Part shown: positions 9,194-18,450 of the stretch, in pieces
Layout: every line of letters starts with the position of its first letter
Position numbering within the stretch: the first letter of the stretch is position 1
Assembly: GCA_964652835.1 (NCBI GenBank)
Contig: CAZZCB010000003.1
Span: 1 to 62,877, forward strand
Length of the DNA stretch: 62,877 nucleotides
Direction: 5' to 3'
Origin: an uncultured Candidatus Saccharibacteria bacterium
GTDB taxonomy: Bacteria; Patescibacteriota; Minisyncoccia; Phycocordibacterales; CSBR16-119
The notes under the pieces: model-generated
What the model saw: the letters and a program-made list of their open reading frames with translations, nothing else
What the model was told of the DNA's origin: nothing
Database searches by the model: none
Position numbers and translations under genes: made by a program

Positions 9194-9985
9194 ATGAAAA
9201 AGCTCGCATGCATGCTTTTACTTGCGTTTACCTCTGCCTGCGCTTTTTCACAACAGCGCACGGATGTTATCCCAAATGAAGCCGACAGCAACATCTTCTA
9301 TTGTTACTTTTCTGCGTCTTATATTTTCCCGACCGGGAAACAGGACACTTTCCAGAAATCGCGTTTAAGGAGTGATGCGATAAAGGGTAACAGGCTTTCA
9401 AAAGCTGAGATGGAAATGGTTGGTTTTCCTTTCATGAAATACGACAGGAAATTTCATCCGCACTTACTCTTTGGGGCTAAGATGATTACCCCTGGGTATC
9501 TGTCGTCACAATTTGGTTTTGGAATTTCAACCCAGAACTCGTTCTCCAGCTGGAGCGTTGGGGTGCTCTATGGAACCTACTACCGCAGGGTTACCTACGA
9601 GTCAAACTTCATCTCAAGAAGGAAGCGCTCTTTTGAGAATTATAACCTTGCCGGTTTTTACCTTCAGTCGCGAAGTGACCAAGGAAGCGTTTCTTTCTCG
9701 ATGGCTTTTGAGAAAACTCACATTTTTGTTTTCACTCGTGTGGGATTATCTGTGGGTGAGACGCTCAGTATCGGCAAAAGTCACTCAGTGTATCGAAGTC
9801 TTGAGCTTGTGCTCGGCTTTGAATCTTTGATTGGCGCAAGTGCCGGACTTTCTGTGACGGTAGGCAGGACGCGTATAGAAGTCTTTAGGTTCATACCAGA
9901 CCCAAAAGACGTGTCTGAGCAGGCAAGATTGCAAACCGAACTTGTTCGGGGGTATGGAATTTCTTGGTCTTACTACGTGGACTGA
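9194..9985 (+). CDS. Secreted beta-strand-rich protein, possibly outer-membrane beta-barrel-like
   Basis: Start taken at MKKLACMLLLAFTSACAFSQQ (Bacteroidota-style signal peptide); alternating hydrophobic pattern and aromatic C-terminus; higher GC. Confidence 0.55.
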   Translation: MKKLACMLLLAFTSACAFSQQRTDVIPNEADSNIFYCYFSASYIFPTGKQDTFQKSRLRSDAIKGNRLSKAEMEMVGFPFMKYDRKFHPHLLFGAKMITPGYLSSQFGFGISTQNSFSSWSVGVLYGTYYRRVTYESNFISRRKRSFENYNLAGFYLQSRSDQGSVSFSMAFEKTHIFVFTRVGLSVGETLSIGKSHSVYRSLELVLGFESLIGASAGLSVTVGRTRIEVFRFIPDPKDVSEQARLQTELVRGYGISWSYYVD

Positions 9986-10001
9986 CCAATACGACAAGTC
10001 C

Positions 10002-10033
10002 AAATGCCGAAGGCGCAAGCCTTCGGCATTTTT
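10002..10033. terminator. Bidirectional terminator hairpin
   Basis: aaatgccgaagg-cgca-agccttcggcatttttt; closes both the + strand islet and the - strand surface operon. Confidence 0.7.
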
Positions 10034-11595
10034 TACAAACCAAGTTCTCTTTTAATCCTTCGGATAGTTAGCGCTCTTGTTGCGACTATCACTATTATTA
10101 CAATCAAAAATCCTAAGGCGATAGTTATCTCAGTTCCTAAAGAAGAAACTATAGAGTCAAAAGGTAAGAAAGAATTTCCTTTAATCTTTATTTCTACTGG
10201 ACGTGACCACTGACTTTGTGCACCTTTCGCATCGCTTACTCTAAACGAAATAAATACAATTCCTTTCTTTAAATCATCTTCTTCAAAAGTAAATCTTCCG
10301 CTAGCGCTTTGGAACTCTTGTCTTAATAAGAAGTTGTTTTTCTTGCTTGTTATTTTTGCTTCAATATTTCCGTTCGGAATAGTTTCTCCTTTTATCGTTA
10401 GAGTATCTCCAGCATTTATTCCAGCAGGGAAAGAAGTTACCTCTGGTGCCTCTAAAGCCTCTACTTCAATCTCTAAGAAAGATTCGTTTTTGTTTCCAGC
10501 TCTGTCATATGCTGTTATCACAAGCTCGTGCTGACCTGGGTCAATTCTCTCTAGCTTAATATTTCCATCTGCGAGGATTTCGTATTCCAAAGATTCTCCG
10601 TTTATGGAAAGTTCGAAGTTTTTAACACAAGAAGTTTTATCTTCTATTTTTAGAGCTATAACGGGTTTTGGATCTGTTAAGTCTCTCCTTTTAACTTCGT
10701 AAGCATCTATACTTGGCGGAGTGTGATCTATTTTTATTTTGAAATGTTCAGTTTCTTTCCATCCGTTGTTGTCTTGTAGACTCAGGTGAAAATACCAAAT
10801 TCCGTCTTCTAAGTTTTCATATCTTTTTTCGACTATTGCCGGACTGTTTATTGTAGATGGTTCGGACGTCGGGTTTCTGTCGAAAGATATTTTACTCGCC
10901 AGTGTACCTGTCGGTATATCCCAAGAGAACGACGCAGTGTTTTCTCTTCTCCAGACGACACCTGGATGCGTGCTTGAAGTTATGATAGAGTCTGGCTCAC
11001 AAACTTCACCCTCCTTTATTTCAGGAACTAGTGCCTCATCTATCGGCTTTAAATCATCAACCTTTATAACCTCTGGCTCTTTGACTGGAACTTCGGCAAT
11101 AGTAAAGCTGGCTGTTCCAACGGAGGCTAAAATGTTTGTTCCTACTCCATCGTTCGCCAAAACTGAAGAAGAAAAAATAGAAATACCCGCCGTTCCGGTA
11201 TTTTTACCTTTAAAGTTTATTGTTAAAAGTCTCCCAGAATTTCCTTGGTATCCTGGAGTTAGAACGACTCCTTCTAGTTTGATTTCACCAATTGCGTTTG
11301 AGAATGTTGGTTCTTGTGCCCAGAAATCTACGATAGAATTGTTTTTCGAAACAGATACAACCTGAAGTTTGTCAGAAGGGAATCTGATTGTTGCCGAAGC
11401 GGCGTTTATGGCTTTGTCAGGACTAGATACAAAGATTCCAACAGAGAAGTTTGCGTCTTTGTTGTATGTTCCAGATGCTGGAGAAAAGTTTAAGTTTGCC
11501 GCAAATAGATTTTGAGGAAAAGAAAAGACTAAAACAAACAATACTAAGAAAGCCTTTCCGATATTTTTTTGAATTCTTTTGACTGCCTTCTCCAT
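10033..11595 (-). CDS. Cohesin-domain surface protein with C-terminal TM anchor
   Basis: Signal peptide, then LNFSPASGTY..FSVGIFVSS..INAASATIRFPSDKLQVVSVS...GEIKLEGVV...LLTINFKGKNTG (cohesin-like); Ig-like middle region; C-terminal TM IALGFLIVIIVIVA + RRIKR. ORF open to 11622. Confidence 0.8.
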   Translation of the reverse strand: MEKAVKRIQKNIGKAFLVLFVLVFSFPQNLFAANLNFSPASGTYNKDANFSVGIFVSSPDKAINAASATIRFPSDKLQVVSVSKNNSIVDFWAQEPTFSNAIGEIKLEGVVLTPGYQGNSGRLLTINFKGKNTGTAGISIFSSSVLANDGVGTNILASVGTASFTIAEVPVKEPEVIKVDDLKPIDEALVPEIKEGEVCEPDSIITSSTHPGVVWRRENTASFSWDIPTGTLASKISFDRNPTSEPSTINSPAIVEKRYENLEDGIWYFHLSLQDNNGWKETEHFKIKIDHTPPSIDAYEVKRRDLTDPKPVIALKIEDKTSCVKNFELSINGESLEYEILADGNIKLERIDPGQHELVITAYDRAGNKNESFLEIEVEALEAPEVTSFPAGINAGDTLTIKGETIPNGNIEAKITSKKNNFLLRQEFQSASGRFTFEEDDLKKGIVFISFRVSDAKGAQSQWSRPVEIKIKGNSFLPFDSIVSSLGTEITIALGFLIVIIVIVATRALTIRRIKRELGL

Positions 11596-12434
11596 AAAAT
11601 GAAAGAGAGTATAAATGTACAAATTAAAATTAATATAGCTATTTTTTGATTAAAGCATTTGTGTCCGACGCAAATCTTTTCTGGTATGTAAACTTTCGAA
11701 ATCTTTTCATTTCCATCATAATCTATTGCCTTTACGTATATTCTCTCATTAATCTTTTGATTCACCAACACATACGGACTCTCTGCTTGTTTAAAAAGTT
11801 TTTTACCTTCTACAACTTCATATGTCTTTACACCAGAACCTTTGTCCATCGCTTCAAAAATCAAAACATATTTTCCTTCAGCGATATTTTTATCTTTAAC
11901 AAGTAATGCTTCGAAATCTTCAGGCGATGTTTTGTCCCGAGATGTGATCACTACATTTTGTTCGCCTTCACGCAAATCTCGGGCATTTATAGAAATATTT
12001 TTATTAGGAAGAGGCTCCTGTGTACCAAGTCCGTCGTTTAAAAGTATAAAAGTATCTTCAAGATTAAGAGGAAGATTGCCCGTGCTTTTAGGTACCACTA
12101 AAACTTGAAAAATTGTTCCATCTCCTTTAAAACCTCCGGCAATAATTCCCGAGAAATTTATTTGGTTATCCTTAGATCTAGAAGGGTTTTCTATCCAAGC
12201 CGAGATTATAGAGTTACCAGTTTTGATTTGTTTAATTTCTAAACCATTATCTACATTTAGTTTTCCGCTAACCGTGTTGTAAGAATTTCCTTCTGTTTTT
12301 AAGGCTATAGTTATCAAGATCTCATCACCAACTTTTATATCTTCAGAATTTAACATGTCAAAATCTATCAGACCGGCGGAAGCAGGCGAAGGAAAAAAGG
12401 TAAATAATATTAAAATGTAAATTAAATATTTCAT
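11544..12434 (-). CDS. Cohesin-domain surface protein with C-terminal TM anchor
   Basis: Signal peptide MKYLIYILILFTFFPSPASA; VGDEILITIALKTEG..YNTVSGKLNVDNGLEIKQIKTGNSII...INFSGIIAGGFKG..TIFQVLVVPKSTG; C-terminal TM. ORF open to 12449. Confidence 0.8.
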   Translation of the reverse strand: MKYLIYILILFTFFPSPASAGLIDFDMLNSEDIKVGDEILITIALKTEGNSYNTVSGKLNVDNGLEIKQIKTGNSIISAWIENPSRSKDNQINFSGIIAGGFKGDGTIFQVLVVPKSTGNLPLNLEDTFILLNDGLGTQEPLPNKNISINARDLREGEQNVVITSRDKTSPEDFEALLVKDKNIAEGKYVLIFEAMDKGSGVKTYEVVEGKKLFKQAESPYVLVNQKINERIYVKAIDYDGNEKISKVYIPEKICVGHKCFNQKIAILILICTFILSFILWRRQSKEFKKISERLS

Positions 12435-12436
12435 AA

Positions 12437-13477
12437 CTATCCGGTCCAATTAAATGCCAAAATACTAAAGTCTACCAGGTTAATCCTGCTATCTCCATTT
12501 AAACAGTTTGATTCAACTATTATAATGTCTCCAGTTAAAATTTTGTTATACCAAAAAGCAGCGATAGAAAAGTCTATTAAACTTACTTTTCCGTCCTGGT
12601 TTAAGTCAGCCCTGCAAGAAGTTTCTCCTGGGACTTTTGGAATGTTTTGGTCTCCAACTTGAAAGGCTACTCTAGTACCAAAACCACTAGATTCTCCAGT
12701 TTCAAGATTCGTTTTTGAGCGACTACTGTGTGATCCGTACTCTAAGGGGGCTGAGTTAAAGTTATAAAGATAAACCCCGTCTTCATCTGACGCTGCATTT
12801 ACAAAAATCTGCGTCTCCGAGTTTACCTCTATTGTTACGTCACTTTCGGGAACTGTTTGTCCAAAGATTACAATGTCGTCACCCTTTCTTACTTCTGCTT
12901 TATCGACGTCTATTGTTGGTGATAAGAATATCCCACTAACGTCTGTTGTTGATCCTTGGGTTATAAAAACAGGGAAGGAGAATGGATTTCCTGTTACTCC
13001 GTTTTCGTCGGTTGCTCTGACTGTGAAGTTGTAATTTCCTGGACTAAGGTCTCCCAAGCTTACGCGAAATCTTGCGTCAGGTCCAGCTATTGTCTCGACT
13101 GTTATAACTCCGTCTTTCAGTATCGTAACTTTTGAAAGAGGGTAGGCGCGTCCAGAAAAAGTAACTCCGGTTTCTGGTGGTCTTGTTCCTCCACCGCCAC
13201 CTCCGCCTCCACCCCCTCCGCTAGGCGGAGTCACTGTTGCCTCCTCATCATCGTCAGTGTAAGAAGAACAATCTGGGTCATTTGGAAAGTCTATAAAAGT
13301 ATCGCTGTCGTTGTCTTGTCCATCGAAACACTGTGGAGCCGGAACTATTGTGATCGTAAAGTTTGAGTTTTCTGCTGAATTTATTTCTGGGGTTTTTAAA
13401 ATAAAAAAATATACAAATAAGCCTACAAGAAGTATTAAAGAAAGAATTATAAATTTTTTTGTTTTAATTAATATCAT
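12437..13477 (-). CDS. Dockerin-containing secreted protein with an 11-Gly linker
   Basis: N-terminal TM; CFDGQDNDSDTFIDFPNDPDC; G11 tract; Ig-like middle; C-terminal duplicated EF-hand-like segments DLNQDGKVSLIDFSIAAFW and LNGDSRINLVDFSILAFNW (dockerin). Confidence 0.8.
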   Translation of the reverse strand: MILIKTKKFIILSLILLVGLFVYFFILKTPEINSAENSNFTITIVPAPQCFDGQDNDSDTFIDFPNDPDCSSYTDDDEEATVTPPSGGGGGGGGGGGTRPPETGVTFSGRAYPLSKVTILKDGVITVETIAGPDARFRVSLGDLSPGNYNFTVRATDENGVTGNPFSFPVFITQGSTTDVSGIFLSPTIDVDKAEVRKGDDIVIFGQTVPESDVTIEVNSETQIFVNAASDEDGVYLYNFNSAPLEYGSHSSRSKTNLETGESSGFGTRVAFQVGDQNIPKVPGETSCRADLNQDGKVSLIDFSIAAFWYNKILTGDIIIVESNCLNGDSRINLVDFSILAFNWTG

Positions 13478-13478
13478 T

Positions 13479-16400
13479 TTAACTTGCGATGATAGACAGA
13501 GTCATATCGATTGAATAATTACCTGATGCTTGTTCTGGTGGTATGGTCTGAGAAATATCTATGTCTGTTATATCCCAATAACAACCAGTGTCTGCGCCTG
13601 TGGCCGCACTTGCTAGAGTCACAGAGTTTGTCACTCCTTCATTAAAAGACCCCGAAGATCCAGAAGAAATGTTTGTCAGAGTACATCCGCCTTCAGGAGT
13701 TATGGTCGAAGTAGAAGGGTCTATGGTCATTTGTCCACCAAGTGAATCTGTATCTCCTCCGTCTAGAGCGCCTGCTGTTGGGTCGTTGAAGTCATAGTCA
13801 GAGGATACTCCATCCCAAAAAGATGTAGCTCCGGCATCTGCGGCGAGTGAAAGCGTCCAAGTGGCTGTACCGGTGCCGTTGTCTACTCTTATTTTTTGGC
13901 CAGATGTTCCAAAGCTTCCAGTCGAAATTTGATCGTCAAAAGAAAATGAGGCGCTAGTCATTGCTACAGTTGGGGCGCCTACTGGGGTTCCTCCCGCATC
14001 TACAATATCCGCAGAAAGAGCTCCACCGCCACCAGCTATTGTTATTTCCGGATAAGTAGTATATGTACCCAAAAGAGTGTCATCTGATTTAACAATTCTA
14101 AAACAGAAAGTTGTGCTGGCTGTAGCGCCGTTGTCCACTAGGGAGAAATCAAATTTAGCTGTTTGTCCGTTTAATACTGCTGACTCTGAGTTTGTAAAAT
14201 CGTTCAACTCTTCGTATGTTTGGTTTACTATTGTCCTCGCTCCGTCTGTCGGGTCGTTTGCATTACTAACCAGAGCTAGTCCGTCTGTCGGTGTGGCGTT
14301 ATCTTTATACGCAACTAACGTTGCGCCTGTTACATCTGTATATGATGCAGGAGTTCCTCCAGAAGGAGACGCGCAAGTTCCAGCTCCCATATCTACGTAC
14401 TGAAGTTTAAAATCCTGAGAACTAGAGTAGAGGTTTCCGTTGTCGACTCTTGTTAGAAGTCTTAGTCTGAATTCTTGTCCCGCTGTTGAAAGAGTTGCCG
14501 GGGTGTCTTGCGCTGCTAGAGCAGATCCCACATCAGCGCTGTCAGCGTTTCCAAAAAATCTATAAGCTTGCTGTGCGTAATTTTTCCCATCCCAAGCTGC
14601 GTATTGATATGTTGATCCACCTGTTTCGTTTACCTCTACTCCGACACCCAAAGAAAAACCATTTTTAATTAAGTTTGTTATTCTCCCTGTTAGGGTCGCA
14701 AGGTTGGCGAATGGTTGAGTCGCATCTCCTGTTTGAGCGGAAGTTCTTAATACTCCGTTGCGCGCAGTTCCTCCTGTTGTTTTTTTAATCCAAATATGGT
14801 CCGGCTGAAAACCCACCGCGGCTATGTTTTTTATCGTCGCATTACCGGTGTACGTACCTGTCATAAATTTTTCGTTATCTTGAAAAGCAAAGTAGTCGTA
14901 TATTCCGGCACTTGCGTTTGATACCGTACTAGAGCCAACTTGGAATCCATCTGCTGTAAATGATTGAATTACATTTGCTGTAAGAGCGAGATCAGAAAAA
15001 TAAAGGTTTTGGTCACCAGACTGATCAGAGGTTCTCCATACTCCTGCTGAAGTCCCTCCTCTTTTTATGGCAACAAGATCTGGAGACATTGGCAATCTAT
15101 CTATGTTCACACTGTCTCTACTTGTACCAATATATTGCCCAACTAAAAAATCAGGAGACCCGCCAGATTTATCTGGCTTCATGGCATTTCCAAAGGCGGT
15201 CCAATAATATGTGTCACCAAGAGTGTTTGCAAGTGCACTGGTTCCAACAGTAAAACCGTCGGCGGTTATAGAGGTAACACCCCCGGTAAAAACCGAACTA
15301 GTGTTTGACAGGGTCTGAGTCCGGTCTCCAATCATAAGACTCGTTCTAAAAATAGCGTGTTGGTCTGTTGCCTGGTCATCGTGCTTTATGATTATAAGAT
15401 CAGGTGAGAAACCAACGCCTGTTATACCGAGCGCCGCACCTGTTCCTGTATATGAACCACTATTTATCAGAAGCTCGTCAGTTCCCGCCGCTTTTGTGGA
15501 CGCCCCTCCGAAAGCTGCGTAGTGGTGTGTTACACCACTAGAGTTGACTGTTGTGGCGGCCCCGATTTCAAATCCACCACCAGATTTTTTAAGCGACTGT
15601 ATTATGTTCACAGTCGCGCCTCCGTCAGGTATGGCTGAAGATCTGTCTCCATAAAACTCAGAAGTCGTAAATACTCCGTTTTGGGGTGTGCCATGATCTG
15701 AGGCTTTTATCCATACAAAATTAGGAGTGAAGTCGAGATTTGGATCAACCGCTGGTCCAATGTGTCTTGAGTCCACCCCAGTTCCTGTGTAGGTGCCAAC
15801 ATCCATAAAGTCGTCCACTTCTTTGAATGCAACATAATAATAGTTGGTTCCATTTGAGTTTGCGCTCGAGTTAGAGCCCACGCTAAAACCAGTGGTATCC
15901 AGAGATTCTATACCCCCTGATGCCAGCTCATTCGCATTGTGAAAATAGTTCGAGGCTGTACCAGCCATTGACGATGACTTCCATATACCCACTGCTGAAC
16001 CTGATGTTTTTGTTATTACTAAATCAGGTTGAAACCCAACAGACGTGATGCTTTGCGACCCGCCATTTCCTGTATAAGTTCCGACACAAAAAGTACCAGA
16101 CGCAGAGCAGTCTGATCCATCAAATGCAGTGTAGGTAAAAAATACGTTTGCAGCGTTGACGTCTGAATCTGAGCCCACAGTAAATCCGTCCGCGTCCAAT
16201 GACTGAATTAGATTGTTTGCCGCGTTATCTGTTTCAGCAAGAACTACAGTAGTCTCACCAGACATTTCAGAGGTTTTTAAAAGCATTCCTCTAGTACCTC
16301 CAGCAGTGTTGTCTTTTAATAAAACCATATCCGGCGAAAAGCCTAACCCTGTGATGGTTCTGTTATCTGTGTTGTTTCCCACGTAGTATCCAGTCTGAAT

Positions 16401-16643
16401 AGAAAAAGTCGCCGCCTCCGCTTTTTCCACCTTGGGCTTCAGTAGTTCTGTTAACCCTTTGTCTATTACATTCCCATCTTTCTTAGCCCAATAAAGTGCG
16501 TCGATAATATTTTTTTCATCAACTTTTTCATTTATGTATGATATTAAAGAGCTTGAAGGTATTCCGCCAAGCAAAAAAGCCAAAACTAAAAAAAGAGTCC
16601 CAACGGGTTTTAATATTTTTTTAATAATTTGAAACATAATCAT
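13479..16643 (-). CDS. Giant secreted repeat protein (1054 aa) with a C-terminal WxL-like domain
   Basis: N-terminal signal/TM; six ~90-aa tandem modules (GF.PD.V.IK ... GF.VG ... Y.Y.AF); C-terminal ~190 aa paralogous to 19670..20371, including TATWTLSLAA and terminal DMTLSIIAS. Confidence 0.85.
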   Translation of the reverse strand: MIMFQIIKKILKPVGTLFLVLAFLLGGIPSSSLISYINEKVDEKNIIDALYWAKKDGNVIDKGLTELLKPKVEKAEAATFSIQTGYYVGNNTDNRTITGLGFSPDMVLLKDNTAGGTRGMLLKTSEMSGETTVVLAETDNAANNLIQSLDADGFTVGSDSDVNAANVFFTYTAFDGSDCSASGTFCVGTYTGNGGSQSITSVGFQPDLVITKTSGSAVGIWKSSSMAGTASNYFHNANELASGGIESLDTTGFSVGSNSSANSNGTNYYYVAFKEVDDFMDVGTYTGTGVDSRHIGPAVDPNLDFTPNFVWIKASDHGTPQNGVFTTSEFYGDRSSAIPDGGATVNIIQSLKKSGGGFEIGAATTVNSSGVTHHYAAFGGASTKAAGTDELLINSGSYTGTGAALGITGVGFSPDLIIIKHDDQATDQHAIFRTSLMIGDRTQTLSNTSSVFTGGVTSITADGFTVGTSALANTLGDTYYWTAFGNAMKPDKSGGSPDFLVGQYIGTSRDSVNIDRLPMSPDLVAIKRGGTSAGVWRTSDQSGDQNLYFSDLALTANVIQSFTADGFQVGSSTVSNASAGIYDYFAFQDNEKFMTGTYTGNATIKNIAAVGFQPDHIWIKKTTGGTARNGVLRTSAQTGDATQPFANLATLTGRITNLIKNGFSLGVGVEVNETGGSTYQYAAWDGKNYAQQAYRFFGNADSADVGSALAAQDTPATLSTAGQEFRLRLLTRVDNGNLYSSSQDFKLQYVDMGAGTCASPSGGTPASYTDVTGATLVAYKDNATPTDGLALVSNANDPTDGARTIVNQTYEELNDFTNSESAVLNGQTAKFDFSLVDNGATASTTFCFRIVKSDDTLLGTYTTYPEITIAGGGGALSADIVDAGGTPVGAPTVAMTSASFSFDDQISTGSFGTSGQKIRVDNGTGTATWTLSLAADAGATSFWDGVSSDYDFNDPTAGALDGGDTDSLGGQMTIDPSTSTITPEGGCTLTNISSGSSGSFNEGVTNSVTLASAATGADTGCYWDITDIDISQTIPPEQASGNYSIDMTLSIIAS

Positions 16644-17589
16644 AAGATGCTTTTGAAATCTCTGCCATTATTTCTTTCGCCTTCTCTCTACCACCGCTGT
16701 CTTTGGTGTTAACCATGATGGTTAACAGGTATGGTCTGTTTGGAACGTACACAATACCTGAATCAAGATATGTAGATTCAGGATCGTATTCACCTATTTT
16801 GTGAGAAAAAGTAATATTTTCTGGTACTCCGCTACCTAGGAATTCGTTAAATGGAGTTTCTGACAGCCAATTTAAAAGCATTGTAGAGTATTCTCTTTTC
16901 AAGAAGCTTGATGTGTATAGAGTTCTGAATACTCTGGAATATTCTTTTGCTGTTATATTGTAGTCTGCGTCGTAAAGACTCTCCATCCCGAGCGCTGCCA
17001 GCATTTGTTCAAAATCTTCACCCTCCAGGTTTCTTACAAGCATTCTGTGCGCAGTGTCATCTGAATTTATAATAAGCTCTTTTAAAAGTTCTTCTATTGT
17101 AAGACGTGTTCCAACTTGTTTTTTGTATAAATCTCCGAAGGCGTCATTTCTGTCTTCATAATAAAGTATTAGTTCATTATCAAGTTTCCACTCCTCCATT
17201 TCAATTTTTTTCATAACAACAAGCGCTGTTGGCATTTTAGAAAGGGAAGCTGGCCAAAATCTAGAGTCTTGGTTTATCGATACGTTTGCACCAGTGTTTA
17301 AGAATTCAAAATAAACTCCCACCCTACCTCCTTCTTTTTCATGTCTTGTAACGATTTCTTTAAGCTCCGACCGAAGAGGTTCTATTGTGGAGAAAAAGTG
17401 TTCTTGATCTATTAAACTTCTAGATGGATCTATAAGAGGATACGGATTTGAGAAAGAATTTTGTTTTTTGTCTCCTATAAATAAAACTCCTGTAAAAAAA
17501 CTTATAAGTAAGAGAAAAAATATGATACATTTTTGTTTTGTACTTAGATTGCTTTTAGGTATTTTACTTTGTTCTTTATTCTTATTCAT
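16621..17589 (-). CDS. Class-A beta-lactamase-like serine hydrolase, membrane anchored
   Basis: N-terminal TM; S-x-x-K (ASLSKMP), SDDTAHRML (SDN-like), HKIGE (KTG-like) in the canonical order. Confidence 0.7.
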   Translation of the reverse strand: MNKNKEQSKIPKSNLSTKQKCIIFFLLLISFFTGVLFIGDKKQNSFSNPYPLIDPSRSLIDQEHFFSTIEPLRSELKEIVTRHEKEGGRVGVYFEFLNTGANVSINQDSRFWPASLSKMPTALVVMKKIEMEEWKLDNELILYYEDRNDAFGDLYKKQVGTRLTIEELLKELIINSDDTAHRMLVRNLEGEDFEQMLAALGMESLYDADYNITAKEYSRVFRTLYTSSFLKREYSTMLLNWLSETPFNEFLGSGVPENITFSHKIGEYDPESTYLDSGIVYVPNRPYLLTIMVNTKDSGGREKAKEIMAEISKASYDYVSNY

Positions 17590-18376
17590 TTATTAAATTC
17601 ATTTGGCAGATAATAGAACTGTTCTTTGAACCTTTTTCTGTAAAAACAAAAGAAACGTTAAAATTTCCTTTTTGCGCCGTCACCATTTTTTCTATTAAAA
17701 TGTTTGTTGTTTGTTCTGCTGATATTGAAGTTTTGGTCTGGTTATTTTTTTTGAATTTTATTTTAAAACCAGACGGCACCCCAAGAACCTCGATATCTTT
17801 TGCAGTAGAAGCGCTTCCTGTGAGGATTATCTTTTTCTCTAGAGAATTCTGACTTGTCATATTCGCAGTAAAATTTTCCATCCTACAAGAATGGTCCGCT
17901 GACGGGTCTATTTGTATTTTTCTTTCTGGTGGCCGTACGGATATTTTAGGTATATTTGCTGGTGGTATGTAGATTGGAGAGATAATATTTTCTGGTTCCT
18001 CTTTATCTTCTTCTGTGGTCTTGACAACTACGGGCTGTGTCGCCACAGGGGAATTTGGCTCTGACACGGTTACAGGCGGTGGGACTGGTTCTGCTGGCGC
18101 TAACACGACTATTTCTTCCTGAGGGGCTTGATTTTGTGTCTCCGACGGGATCACTTCTGGGGCAGAGGGTTCTTCTACTGTGGTACCAGTCTCTACTCCC
18201 GCAACCTGACCCTCATTTCCCCCCAAGCTCTCTGTGGGTGTACTTTCTTGACCATCTGTTTCCGTGCTTGGAATCTCTGATTCCTGTGCGCTTGTATTTC
18301 TGATATGAAAAAAAGACTGTGTTAAGAGGCCTAATATTAAAAAAGAAAATATAGTTTTAGATGTGTTTTTTGTCAT
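17582..18376 (-). CDS. Secreted Pro/Glu/Thr-rich protein (264 aa)
   Basis: Signal peptide ..IRNTSAQE; low-complexity P/E/T-rich N-half; beta-rich C-half; overlaps neighbour by 8 nt. Confidence 0.7.
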   Translation of the reverse strand: MTKNTSKTIFSFLILGLLTQSFFHIRNTSAQESEIPSTETDGQESTPTESLGGNEGQVAGVETGTTVEEPSAPEVIPSETQNQAPQEEIVVLAPAEPVPPPVTVSEPNSPVATQPVVVKTTEEDKEEPENIISPIYIPPANIPKISVRPPERKIQIDPSADHSCRMENFTANMTSQNSLEKKIILTGSASTAKDIEVLGVPSGFKIKFKKNNQTKTSISAEQTTNILIEKMVTAQKGNFNVSFVFTEKGSKNSSIICQMNLINE

Positions 18377-18450
18377 ATTTTAGGTAGGTAATATAAGGTT
18401 AATATATCGGTTTCATTATACCAAAAATACAAAGCCGTGTATTAACACTT

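Noticed and set aside
9513-9830. 105-aa alternative-frame ORF inside the beta-barrel-like gene
   Set aside because: It is same-strand, out of frame, and nested inside the longer ORF that has a signal peptide and a terminator.
13180-13232. Run encoding 11 consecutive glycines, considered as a possible slippage-prone phase-variation tract
   Set aside because: The Gly codons are mixed (gga/ggg/ggc/ggt on the coding strand), not a homopolymer or a simple SSR. It is more likely a flexible linker.
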